NCBI GenBank assembly: GCA_973895155.1
Contig: OZ316892.1
Location: forward strand, 24,885,233 to 24,949,232
Length of the DNA: 64,000 nt
Source of the DNA: Marsupella aquatica
Taxonomy: Eukaryota > Plantae > Marchantiophyta
Direction of reading: 5' to 3'
Shown piece by piece: positions 38,986 to 50,096 of this stretch. The position numbers and the translations under genes are program-made. The notes below the pieces were generated by a model. It was not told the origin of the DNA. It ran no database searches and worked only from the letters and a program-made list of their open reading frames with translations. Numbering within the stretch: position 1 is the first letter of the stretch; each line of letters starts with the position of its first letter.

Positions 38986-41900
38986 AGAATTACCGGATTG
39001 TCTTTGTTTGAGTGAGAAATTAGGATGTTGCCAATTTTTTTAGTTCATTTACTACTTTGCCCTTCTCTCTTAGGATTTCTTGTGATCAACATTGAGCCAA
39101 AACGATATTCATTGCCCACAGTCCATTGATAGAAACTGGGATTCGCTTCAGAGCAATTTGGTCCATCCCATCACTTGTTCTCAGCCATAGGCTGAAATGG
39201 GTTAACTCCTATAATTAGTTCGTGGACCCCTTGGCTAATAAAATCAGGGGAAGAGTCGATCTGAGTCGTCTCCATTTCTTATCTCCGGAAATCTCGTCCG
39301 TCCATCATAATGGCCAATCTATGGCTCAAAAGAAAGATCTCAAATAGATCTATGGATGGATTCTGTCCGTTTCGCAAATGGGTTAATATTTTTCAAATGA
39401 TAAATTAAACAAATCCAAGCCTTCCTAGCCGTTGATTTTGTTGATTTTACGATCTTTGCCGTCCATTTTGTAATGCCTCTAGAAATCTTATTCATCCATG
39501 TTAGAAGGCGATCTAGGGTGCAAAAGAAAGATCTCAATGAGATCTACGACTGGGTATTTTTTGTTTTGAGAATGAACTTTCAAGATTCCAGCCATTCCTC
39601 CTCCCCGATCCTGGGTTTCTATGTGCTCTTCCGAGCATTAATGGCCATACAATACGAGAGGTCCTTACATACCGAGAGTTGCGTTTTAACAAGGAAGTTA
39701 TCAAGTTAGTTATTAGTCATTATTTATTATATGAAAAATACTTTTTATAAATCTTTGAATTTAAGTTTTAAAATTGAAAATGTAACTAAAATGGTTACAT
39801 AGTGACAATTTTAACCGTCTTGTTCTTTGTATTTCCAATGTTTTTACTTTTCTTTTTACGGCATGGCGTCCCAAAATTTACACCCAAATTGACACAAACA
39901 CGAATGAAAACTATAAGTTTGATTCACAAAACCGACGAGTCTTGTTTGTTGCGGTTATTGTTGACGTGGCACGATGTGGTGCCAAGAATTTTGGAAGGGA
40001 CCTCTAGTGGGGTCCGTAAAGATTAATTTAACTAGTGATAAAACAGTACAAAAAGTAAATAAACTAAAACGGATGGAACATAATAATTGCTCACTAAAAA
40101 AATTACAATTTAATAATTGTCAGTTACAAGCCATGGGGACCCATTCCGTCTTTTATTCCCTCGTATATTAAATGGGTGGTATAATGAGTGAAAATGGCGG
40201 CAGTTCACTTTCCAAGAATTTGGGGCCCATTTCAGGTGTGGTGTCTACAGACCCCTGCATGGCAGCTAGTGGGCCCAAGTAAATGGTATGGTGGAGTGTT
40301 TATGGTGGAGTGTTTATGTTGTCTAGAATTTTAGACAGAGTCCACAGTAATTATGTTATCTAGAATTTTAGATCATCATCTCCACAGGTGGTCCAGACTT
40401 TGGCTCCTTCATTCAAGGAATTTGTATTTATTGCACTTCATTTAAAAAGAAGTGACACTCAAGCTTGTTGTGAGCCCTAACTCCCTTGCCTTGTCAAGCC
40501 ACCCTCAGTAAGAGATGCCTGAGAACAATGGCATTAGGCAGTTGCCATTCCTATAAAGTTTTAAGAAGGGCATATTTTGTTGGACATGTTTTTGTGTGCT
40601 AACAAGATTGTCATCGGGATCAAGTGTCTGCCTCTATTTTCAACCGTGCAGTAGCAAACCCAACTTGTCTACTAACTCAAGCACCAGAGCTAACCTAGAG
40701 CCTCCGCCTCCATCTGGTAGAGAAAAGTGCATTTTTTTGATGATCACAAAGTCTACATAATTCTCAAATCTCCAACGTAACGTGCAATGTAGTTGGAAGT
40801 TCCTATGCTATGTTGTCTTGTGAAGAAATACTTTTAGTTTATTCAGATATAGTTGTTCGTCTTTCAATGAAAGATCCTTGTAAAATTAAATGGATTCTTG
40901 TACATAGAGCAAAGTTTTTGTAATAGGGCCTCCTCATCTTGCAACCCTCACCTAACATGATAGTACTCATTTATACTTTTAAGGTCATGTTAATCCGTGG
41001 GACTCCATGTGGGGTCGAACTAAATATATCATCCTCATTTTTCTCTGCATTTTCTTCATGTATTTTCAACACTCCAAATCTTACTCATTTTGCAGGAGTA
41101 CATGCAAGTCATGACATGTAGACATGCCCTCTTTATATTAGGGTAGCTTCAGTTCACCATTTAGAGGCCTTGTAAGCAGGCTGGAGTGGTTGGATTTAAA
41201 CTTGCTACATTAGTGCTTCACCTGTTCTTCAAGGAAATACCCTCTTCTTTATAGCACTCTATGTCATGTTCTCAAAGCAGACCATGACTGTTCTTGAGTC
41301 AAGTAGCCTTTCTTAGGAGCACACCAGGACGAACAGACCTACTGTAGTTATCTTAGATTATGTTCATTGCAGTGTTTCTTGAGTCCTGACAATGCTTAGC
41401 ACCACGGCACGGCCAGAGCACCCCTCTTGCTACTTGTGAGTGAGAATTAGTCACGATTTAGATGCATCTTGACATGCTGCTGATTTGTGAGGTGTAAATC
41501 AGCACCGGTTACGTCAACCACATACACTTAACTCAGAATCACCTGGCGGCCACAATCATGCCACATGGCAGCTGAAATCAAGTGAAAAATATGACATGTA
41601 GTAAATACGCTGAAAAGAGTGGCAAGGTACTCTGACAGGAAAACGTGGCAAAGTAATAAATCTCAATTGTCGTGTATTTTTCGATGGGAAGGGTTGGACT
41701 TCTGTCAATGATGGTATAAACTTACCCAACCCAAACCGTTCTGCCCGATCGAAGGGGTGGGTTGCCTAAGGTGAGCCTACCTCTCCCCACGCTCTCCTGA
41801 TTGAACCAAAAATTTGAGAAGTCCAAGTTGGAAATATTTGCAAAAATCTTATGGACGGATATGTGTGGAATCATATTTTTCAAAATCACCTGCCGGCCTG

Positions 41901-42169
41901 ATGAATGACCATATTTAATGTCCTTGATGGGAACAATGTACAGTGAGATCTGGATAAGTACACACTCCCGCGGAGAGGCCAATGGTGTGTACCTAACAAG
42001 GGTTACAGTGTCGCATTATATGGTAAGCAAAAGAAACTTGGAATTAGCATTCATTGATAGCTGACTCATGACCTCCAGTGCCTTTGACGTGCAATGGCCC
42101 CCGCTGTTAGTCTAGATTCTTGTGAATTCCTTTGTAAGTTGTACATCCCTGGATAAGCATGATCCCACA

Positions 42170-42425
42170 CCTCATAAGTGCAAATTTTACTGTATGTAAA
42201 AATGACTTGCACTTATCAATAAGTGTATGTTGAAGGAAATATGAGCATATAGATAGGTAAACATGAACCCTATAGAGGGTTTGCACTTATATATCTATCA
42301 TTTAGTGCAGCCCTCTTTGCACTTAAAAAGCCTGCAAAAAGGTGCAAAATAGTAGGTAGCATCAGGGACAAACAGGACACCTTGCAATTATCCTGGTTTT
42401 GTACTCATGGAGTGTGCACTCAGCA
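42170..42425 (-). mobile_element. Dispersed repeat / old MITE-like element, copy B (inverted relative to 29224-29500)
   Basis: Its reverse complement shares three collinear blocks with 29241-29480. Confidence 0.55.
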
Positions 42426-42686
42426 GAACCTCATTGTATTGATGATTGCTGTAGGGACTATTACATTGAGGATGCCCTATGCAAAACCTTAATATTTCAC
42501 CCTTCAAAGGAGAATGCAATGGCCTCAATAATTTATCTCGATTCCAGTCCCTAAGTTGAAAACAATGTAAACACTGATAAATCAGTATTGAAAGTGTACA
42601 TAAAATGCTAACAATATTCCTAAAATATGTACTAAATTGCTTTTTCCAAATATCACAAACACTGACACTCTTGTAGGAGGGACTCC

Positions 42687-42808
42687 AATTTTAAACTATT
42701 ATATTTTTCAACTAGCCTGATCATCACTACGATAGTCTCTGCAGATCAATTTTAAATTAGTATATTTTTCAACTGACCTGATCGTCACTACGATAGTCAC
42801 TGCAGGTC
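42687..42808. repeat. 61-bp tandem duplication spanning an intron acceptor of the EHD pseudogene
   Basis: caattttaaa.ta.tatatttttcaact..cctgatc.tcactacgatagtc.ctgcag occurs at 42687 and 42748. Confidence 0.85.
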
Positions 42809-43981
42809 ATTTAATGACAGGCTTATCAGGGAACAGAGTATTGGTCCATTGGTAGGGAGATCTCGTTGAACGTGAACAAAATGATGTCCTTGCTAATCTC
42901 AATGACACACCAAGAAAGACTTGGGATAGAAGGGTAGGTTTGTCACTGTACAATCATTTTTTGCATCATTTACTCAAATCCCTGTGTAGCACGATTAAAT
43001 TCCGAGGGTGCTGTTTGACGGCGCTCTAGATTTGCTGTTGCTGCCTCTGCCGATCCCAACCCTTCTTGACGACATCGGTCGTAGATAGGTTGTTTGCAAG
43101 TCCAATATTGTTCTAGCTCTAAACAACATCTCATTTTCTCCTGCGGCCTTCTTCACGTTAGCTGGAGATCTTTGATCGGCCCAGTGTATTTCAGAGTTTT
43201 TTTTTCAGGAAATTCCATTTTTAGATCCCCCTACCATCTCTGAGTCTTCGTTGACAAGCTTCTGCAGTTCAAAAAGTTTGTGCATTCATGCATTGCTAAC
43301 AAATCACTTGAAAAGGAAATGCCATCTATGATGGGCAAGCGAAAGTACAGTGTCTTATTGACAATCTTGAAGAAGAGTTTGCTAAGGTACGGTCCTCCTA
43401 ACTTCTTGTTGGCGGTGTTTAGCACATAGCTCTATGGAATCGATTCATATGAAAAATCTTCTCCACTTAATTCGGACTGCCTGTCATGCGTCTCAGCAAG
43501 AATATCCAAGTGAGATGAAAGTGTTGAACCACTTGAGTTCTTTGTTTAGTGCTTTGGAATGTAGAGGTTGCCTATCTTGTCTCTATCTCGTCTCTCCCAG
43601 CTTCTCGTTTGCAACACGCGTAAAGGTTAGATACTTATTTGTAGGACTAAGTAATCTCGGGTGTAGTAGGGAGTTCACGAGCATTGTTGACTGGTAAAGA
43701 GGTGGTGGTATTGGAATATAAATTTAACAGTTGGACCGCTTGATTTTTGGCTGTAACAGTTTCAAAAGGAAAGCCATCTCCCTTCAGGGAACTTTCCAAG
43801 TGTGGATAGATTTAGGAAGGCTCTGCAGGGTTACTCGGTCGACAAATTTCCACTGTTGAAGCCTAAACTGATACAGGATGTTGATGATATGTTGGGTCAC
43901 GAGATTCCAGATTTGTTGAGAAAGTTACTCAAATACTTGCGACAATTGAGCTCTTGTACAACTTCAGGCATAGCTTCCTAA
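42806..43981 (+). pseudogene. EH-domain-containing protein (EHD1/RME-1 family, dynamin-like) pseudogene; exon remnants 42806-42933, 43268-43386, 43760-43981
   Basis: Manual translation gives SFNDRLIREQSIGPL/[fs]DLVEREQNDVLANLNDTPRKTWDRR | ..IHALLTNHLK/[fs]KEMPSMMGK/[fs]AKVQCLIDNLEEEFAK | FQKESHLPSGNFPSVDRFRKALQGYSVDKFPLLKPKLIQDVDDMLGHEIPDLLRK. This is collinear with the plant EHD1 C-terminus as I recall it (SFNDKP...EQNDLL.DL.D.PKKACDRK...KEMPAMMGK...DNLEDEFGKVQREFHLPAGDFP...YNIDKF.KLKPKMIQAVDDMLGYDIP.LLK). GT-AG boundaries are retained and there are several frameshifts. Confidence 0.8.
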
Positions 43982-45124
43982 CCTGACCTTTTCTTACTTC
44001 GTTGTAGTGTACTTGAAAAACTAGTGCAGCATTTTGCCGGTGTGAGCATTGTGGACACCTTGTATGAACTATGCTCTGACCGTCTCATTACTGCGTGGTG
44101 AGCAAAACAGCGTGACAAATTCCCTTCGGAAAAAAATGTGTTATCCCATCCTGATGTCAAATGACAACGTGGTCGATTGTCTTGAAAGAAGCACTGCATT
44201 TTTAGCTAGGGATGAACAGAGAGTGCTGCAGGAACAGCCAGGCAGAGGATGAGCAGGATAGCCCAGTCGTGTGAAGGTACCCAGCTTATGGTTCAAACAG
44301 GGCAGCACACGGCCTGGACTGCATAGTAGAAGAGGTATCAACTGCCAAACTAACTGAAATCCATTGTTACCTACAGAGGACAGCTCTTTTCATATGTGTT
44401 TACTTGGTACCCGACTGGACAACAATTTGCGTCTCCGATATTCAATCTGCGAAACCGGTATTGTACTATCCTCCTTCTCCAGCTAAGAAAAATTGTTTGC
44501 AATCTTTCATTCATGGCCAGGGGAAGGGGCACTCTTGCGGCTCAAGATGCTATACCCGGGAGTCACGATACGGTCCAAAGAAATAACACTACATTTGGAG
44601 GCCGAGTGCGCAAGTGGGGATGTCGACAGTCTACCTTCAGTCCAGTCCCATGATAGAATTCTCTTAATTATGTGAAAAAGAGTTTTTTGGGAAACATCCA
44701 ACAAAACCTTCTAGTCAAAATCATTGAGAATGATGCACTTCGTGGAAGAGAGGGGAAAAAGATATTATCAAAGCGTCACTAGAGCCGTGTGGAAATAGTA
44801 CCCTCTAGCCAGGCATTCAACAACCCCAGCAATCAGGAATAATATATAAAATAGTCGACTATCTGCACGAAGTAGTCCTCACCAGCTATGGAGACATTCA
44901 ACAACCCAACCAATCAAGCAGAACTAGAAGAGAACAAAGAGCTGTACGTTGTCCCACATAGACATTTTACTCACGTCGGTGTCAAGAAAGAAGTCCAAAA
45001 CCCAAAACAAAATCTAGCCTACAAATTTCTCCCACCTCGTCAAAAGAGCTTCTCTACCTACGATGTACAGGTCGATCATTTCTAACTTAGAATATGATAT
45101 CAAGTCCAATTCCGCTTCCACTTC

Positions 45125-45364
45125 TCAGACAAAGATTTCCAACCGTGCACATACTATAGCGAGTACGATTGTAACCACAGCAGCGATGGTAGTGACAGCT
45201 TGCATTTCCGTGCGCTCGGGGATCTTTCCATCTGGAATACCAGTGCGCCTGCGATAGATACGGCTAGTTCCTAGCCCCAGGAGCCTCACCAGGATTGGAA
45301 CGAACACGAGAATCACGCTCAGCAGAAGTAAGCCCGCTCCAGCAGATGTGAGCAACAGTTTCAT
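45125..45364 (-). CDS. Candidate small two-helix membrane protein (79 aa)
   Basis: accATG start; MKLLLTSAGAGLLLLSVILVFVPILVRLLGLGTSRIYRRRTGIPDGKIPERTEMQAVTTIAAVVTIVLAIVCARLEIFV*. Two hydrophobic segments flank a basic loop. The ORF is GC-richer than its flanks and has an acceptor-like TTGATTGGACAG about 22 nt upstream of the ATG. Confidence 0.5.
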   Translation of the reverse strand: MKLLLTSAGAGLLLLSVILVFVPILVRLLGLGTSRIYRRRTGIPDGKIPERTEMQAVTTIAAVVTIVLAIVCARLEIFV

Positions 45365-45520
45365 GGTCCAAAAATGAGGGACAAATCTGTCCAATCAAGA
45401 AGCATAAGTAAGAATCTTGAAAGGACAAACAACAGACCATAAATGCACGTAACATTAAAGTAGGGACGGATTTGATTGAAGCAGAGACCTCTTCTGGCCA
45501 AAAACTCTCTGGAAATGCAA

Positions 45521-45792
45521 CATTTGAACAGAGACACAGGTCAACTTCACACAACTGATGGTGCGACGAGCAAAAAGCTTCCCTAGAGTGATTGAAATGC
45601 ATACAAGGGCACATTACGAAGACTAAAAGTAACACTATACGATGCGACATTTGAACAGAGACACAGGATAACTTCACACAACTGATGGTTGCGACGAGCA
45701 AAACGACGAGCAAAAAGCTTCCGTAGAGTACTTGAAATGCATACAAGGGATACAAGGCCCAATTACGAAGACTAAAAATAACACGGTACGAT
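45521..45792. repeat. ~127-bp tandem duplication
   Basis: catttgaacagagacacagg..aacttcacacaactgatgg..cgacgagcaaaaagcttcc.tagagt..ttgaaatgcatacaaggg...attacgaagactaaaa.taacac..tacgat occurs at 45521 and 45648. Confidence 0.9.
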
Positions 45793-48065
45793 TTAAATAA
45801 GAAGACTTGTGAGCACGAGCAATGTACTAGACATGGTCAATGTATCCAATGACAGGATAAGTTTATACAATCTTCGGAGGGGAGATAGAGGAGCCAATGT
45901 AAATGATCAGAATGCCCGAGCAGTGCCCCCGATTTGTCCGTCAAATGGAACAATTAGAAAATAATTTTGGAAAGTAGCAGACGATTAAAGGCAGTTGCGT
46001 TGGTAGCAGAAGCATTGCTCTATCGGCATGCAGAAGCAATGCCATAAATCTATTGCCCAGGAAGTGCAACCGGTGGAAATAGTTTCGAAGAGACTGCCGG
46101 AGACAAAGGAATTGCAACCAGGTCGTTTTGGAGAGACATAGATGTAAGTGGCACAGCCCTGGCCCTACTAGCGTCCAATGATTGCAAAAGGCAGATTAGT
46201 TCTAACAGGAAACACAGGTTAGTTGGCAGGTTGTTCCCAATGAACAGAACAAGTCCACTGTCTACGAGGGTTTTCCAGCTAAAACAGAGAAACGGTTTCG
46301 CGGATAGAGTTTTATAGTTTAGGGCAAGTTACAGGCACAAAGTACGACCCCAACTTATCCAGTCGATGTAGTGCATACAACATTGATGTGGAAGACATCA
46401 GAGCATACATTCAAAATTTCTGGACACAGCGGGTTCACAAGCTTCGACAAATGCACTGAATGGAACATAATTTCCAGTCAGACCAGAGAAACGATTGAAC
46501 GGCTTGTCGGGTCCAAATACTGAGAATGGCCTTAATATGACCCAAGATTTTTAGGAACGGGTGCAGAACGGCATCTACTAAAGGAGTGGTCACTAATAAT
46601 GGGCTCGTTTGATGACCCAGGCAACATGAAGTCATGGCCACCTACACTGTTGCATAGAATTGAAGTTTGCAATATCTCTCCCGTCAGACGAGCATGCTAG
46701 AACCCTAAATCCAATCGGTACCAGTGGATCACGGCAATTGAAATCGAAATGACAGTAACCTCTCAGCATGTTCGGATTCCAGAAGATCCATAACATTATC
46801 ATTCTCTACCCTTTCCAGTCTCTCCAAGACCTCAAATCATTGAAATTCTGCCCAGAGAAAGATTTCAAGTAATCGATCCCAATTCATGATGACACTGTCC
46901 TGCTACTTAGAGCTCCATGAGCTCCATGACACTGTCCTCCTTTCGACCTTTACGAAGCTGAACGCTTTCTAGGCAGAGAGTAAGATCCGAAAGTTGAGAC
47001 GGACCACAGATCCACAACTTAACGAGAAAACAATTTTCCCAATCAAAGGGCCCAGAATGTGTACAGCTCCAAGATGCAAGTGACTTCAAGTTTCTGCGCA
47101 TGACGTGAGTGAGAAAGCCCTACAATACCTTCTCCGCGTTTGATAAACACGATAGAGAGCTGAATCCCCCAAACTTGCAAGCGTTTGTTCAACCGAAGAC
47201 GACACTGCCGTTCATTGAAGCACAAGTTGTGTATGCTTACAGCGCAATTCCCTTGTTACATTGTCCCTAAACCTGTGCGTTCATGCGCAGCAATTCTCCC
47301 CGACAATAAAATCCTTGAATGTCGAACACAAACCGATACTGTGAAGATCAGGCACGTCTAGTTGCACTCAGGGAGCCTCTGTGTCCCTAATATGAAAAGG
47401 GCTCTTGGGCTTCAAGATTGGTGGATGATCATCGGGAAAGGATACCCCATGCTGGATCTGTGTTCCTTCCCAAAGGGTAGGATAACCGAGTCTGGGTAGG
47501 GGTGTGGGGTACTAGGCTCTAACTCCGGAATGCAAGGACAAGCTGCGGACACAGGGTTACAGACTAGCACCCCGGGGTGGGGGGTACTAGGCTCTAATTC
47601 CTGGAATGCAAGAACAAGCTGCAAGACGGACACATGGTTAGAGCATCTCCTACGCAGCATGGTTAGAGCATCTCCCACCAACCCCGTTAAGAAATATTAA
47701 AAGAACAGCCTCTACGGGAGAACGGGAACGGGACCGTATTTTTCGTTGACGGGGTTTTCTCTTGCGGGAACGGGATTGTGGAGGCCAAATGCCGCTTTGC
47801 CCTATCCACGGGGTTCTTGACTGGATTGCAGCAGATATGGATCGTACGGTGGAGGAAAGTCGGTCTTCCGTGCGGGAAGGAGGCCATGCAGAGAAATTTC
47901 CCGCTAATGTTCAAGCAAAAGCTCCTCAATAGAAATGGTGTGCAGCAGTCGAGACTTGCCACTCTGAATCGATGCTCCTCCGAAGCTATGAACTATCATC
48001 AATCTTCCTGAAATTGCTGGCCGTTTCTTCAGTAGCATCTTGCTGTCATTTTTTGATTTTCCACC

Positions 48066-48983
48066 ATGGCTCCAGTCGACAATGCAGCTGCGAAGAAGGG
48101 CAAGAAGCAGGCGAATTTTTCCAATATCGAAATCGAACAGATTGCAAGGTCGTGGCTAGCATGCAGCGGCAATTCCATCGATGGAGCACAGCAGAAATCT
48201 GATGTCTATTGGACAAAGATTGAGCAGCATTTTCAAAAATCCATGGTAGAATTTAGGCAAAAATATCCAGGTGTGGTGAAGAATGTCCCCAGGTCCATCA
48301 GATCATTGAGTTCAAAGTGGGGTGAGCTTAATCATGACTGTGCCAAATTTTCTGGAGCAATGTCCACGATCGTTGAATTGAATGAGTCTGGAACCAATGA
48401 AGACGAGCAAATGGAGAAGGCTAGAGCTCTCTACCAACAGACACATAAGAAGGGCTTGGAATTTTCATACGAAGGTGCTTGGAAAATTTTGAAGGACTCT
48501 CCAAAGTGGCAGATCGCAGCAAGAATGCAGGAGAAGCATTTGGAGAGAGTATTAAAGAGAAAGAACGGGAAGCAAGCTGCCAATACTCCAGCTGATGTTG
48601 AAAGTCCAGACAAGGATTCTGGAATCCATGCTGAAACTCCAGAGATGGTCACCGATAGGCCTTTGGGGAATAAAAAAGCAAAAGAGTTGGCAGCTATTGA
48701 GCGGAAGGCAACCAAGACCAAGAGTGCATTGGCAGAGTCTACATCGCTGATTGCAGCTGCCCTGAATCGAAGGGCAAAGGCTATGGAGTCAGTTTTTGAG
48801 ATCCAACTATTCCAAGTTAACCTGGGCTCACTGGATGATCGAGCCAGAAACTTTGTGTTGCTCAAACGGGAGGCAACAGAGGCAGAATTGCGAAAGCAGC
48901 TCAAGGAAGTTGAACCTTTCAGGAAGGAGGTGGTTGAATTACCATCGGATTTACCTAAAAGTGTGGCTGATCAAGAGAACTAG
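48066..48983 (+). CDS. Harbinger ORF1, Myb/SANT-like (NAM-associated type) DNA-binding protein
   Basis: NFSNIEIEQIARSWL...GAQQKSDVYWTKIEQHF...RSIRSLSSKWGELNHDCAKFSG...SGTNEDEQMEKARALY...FSYEGAWKILKDSPKW...RPLGNKKAKE. The Trp spacing and motifs are typical of PIF ORF1. Confidence 0.88.
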   Translation: MAPVDNAAAKKGKKQANFSNIEIEQIARSWLACSGNSIDGAQQKSDVYWTKIEQHFQKSMVEFRQKYPGVVKNVPRSIRSLSSKWGELNHDCAKFSGAMSTIVELNESGTNEDEQMEKARALYQQTHKKGLEFSYEGAWKILKDSPKWQIAARMQEKHLERVLKRKNGKQAANTPADVESPDKDSGIHAETPEMVTDRPLGNKKAKELAAIERKATKTKSALAESTSLIAAALNRRAKAMESVFEIQLFQVNLGSLDDRARNFVLLKREATEAELRKQLKEVEPFRKEVVELPSDLPKSVADQEN

Positions 48984-50096
48984 GATCCAGAGGCCTGGCA
49001 TTCACCTGACAATGAATCTTGGCACGAGGAATCAAATGAGAAGTTAGAAGAGTTAGCGTTGCATCAATCTGGTCACTCCAACCCCATCAATCTATCAGAT
49101 ATGCCAGATAGGGAATGTGAAAATGTTGGGGTTTCTTCAGTAGAATTCAGCAATCCCACCTTTCACTACCAGGATGTGCAATCTCTCTATCAGTTCATGT
49201 AGTCAACACGACTATAGGCAAGCGATACTCAGATTTGCCAGGTTGAGCTTGTAGAGTAATTTTGTAGCTGAAACAATTTATTCTACAAATTGTAGCCATG
49301 CAATTTGTTGTGTGGTGTTGTACGTAAGTAATTGCATGTGTTGTATGCAGCTTCTTTAATATTGGAATTCGTACTACAAGCTGTTCATACGTTGTGCAAG
49401 GTACATATATGTGTCTTGACTGCTTTCGGTTGTGTCAGTGTCTTTGAATTTATACTTCTTTATATATAGAGAAGTGAACCAGATTTTTATGAATTTAGCA
49501 TTTAAACCTGATTGCCAAGTTACACTATTGATATCGTCCCTTCTAATATTTTAGACCATGAGACTGCAGTACAAGAGACTATGTAACAATACAAATGAGA
49601 AAAGCAACCTATGAGAATAAGACGATGGGCATTGGGCATTGCGCAGACATGCAAGTTGCCAGGGAAGCACCTTCACATAATCCGTTTGTAATATTTTATG
49701 CAGTGTTCAACTCTCCAATAAAGTAAATTCTCCAAATACTTGTGGGGCCGTATATATACTTGCACCTACAAGGTACGAATTGCTGCAAGTGACCTGTCAG
49801 TGGCTCCCACACCTTTTATGCTCAAGGTTGTGCACTCTCACCAATGCTCATAGTTTTGCACTCTCACCAATCCTACGTACTTTGAAGGTAGCAAATCCAA
49901 GGCAATGAGAGAAAAGAATCAGGTAGCATAGACCTAACACACGAGGTCTCCCAAACTAGCCACAGTCGCAAGTTTAGGATAGAAAGGTATCCCAAAAGCA
50001 AGGTCTTTATATATAGAGAGACAATTTCAGATTCAGAATTACATTGCTAGCCCGACTGCTAGCCTAGCTCTCACAAGCAAGCCTACGTACAACAGA

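Noticed and set aside
48431-48904. 157-aa minus-strand ORF
   Set aside because: Antisense shadow of Harbinger ORF1.
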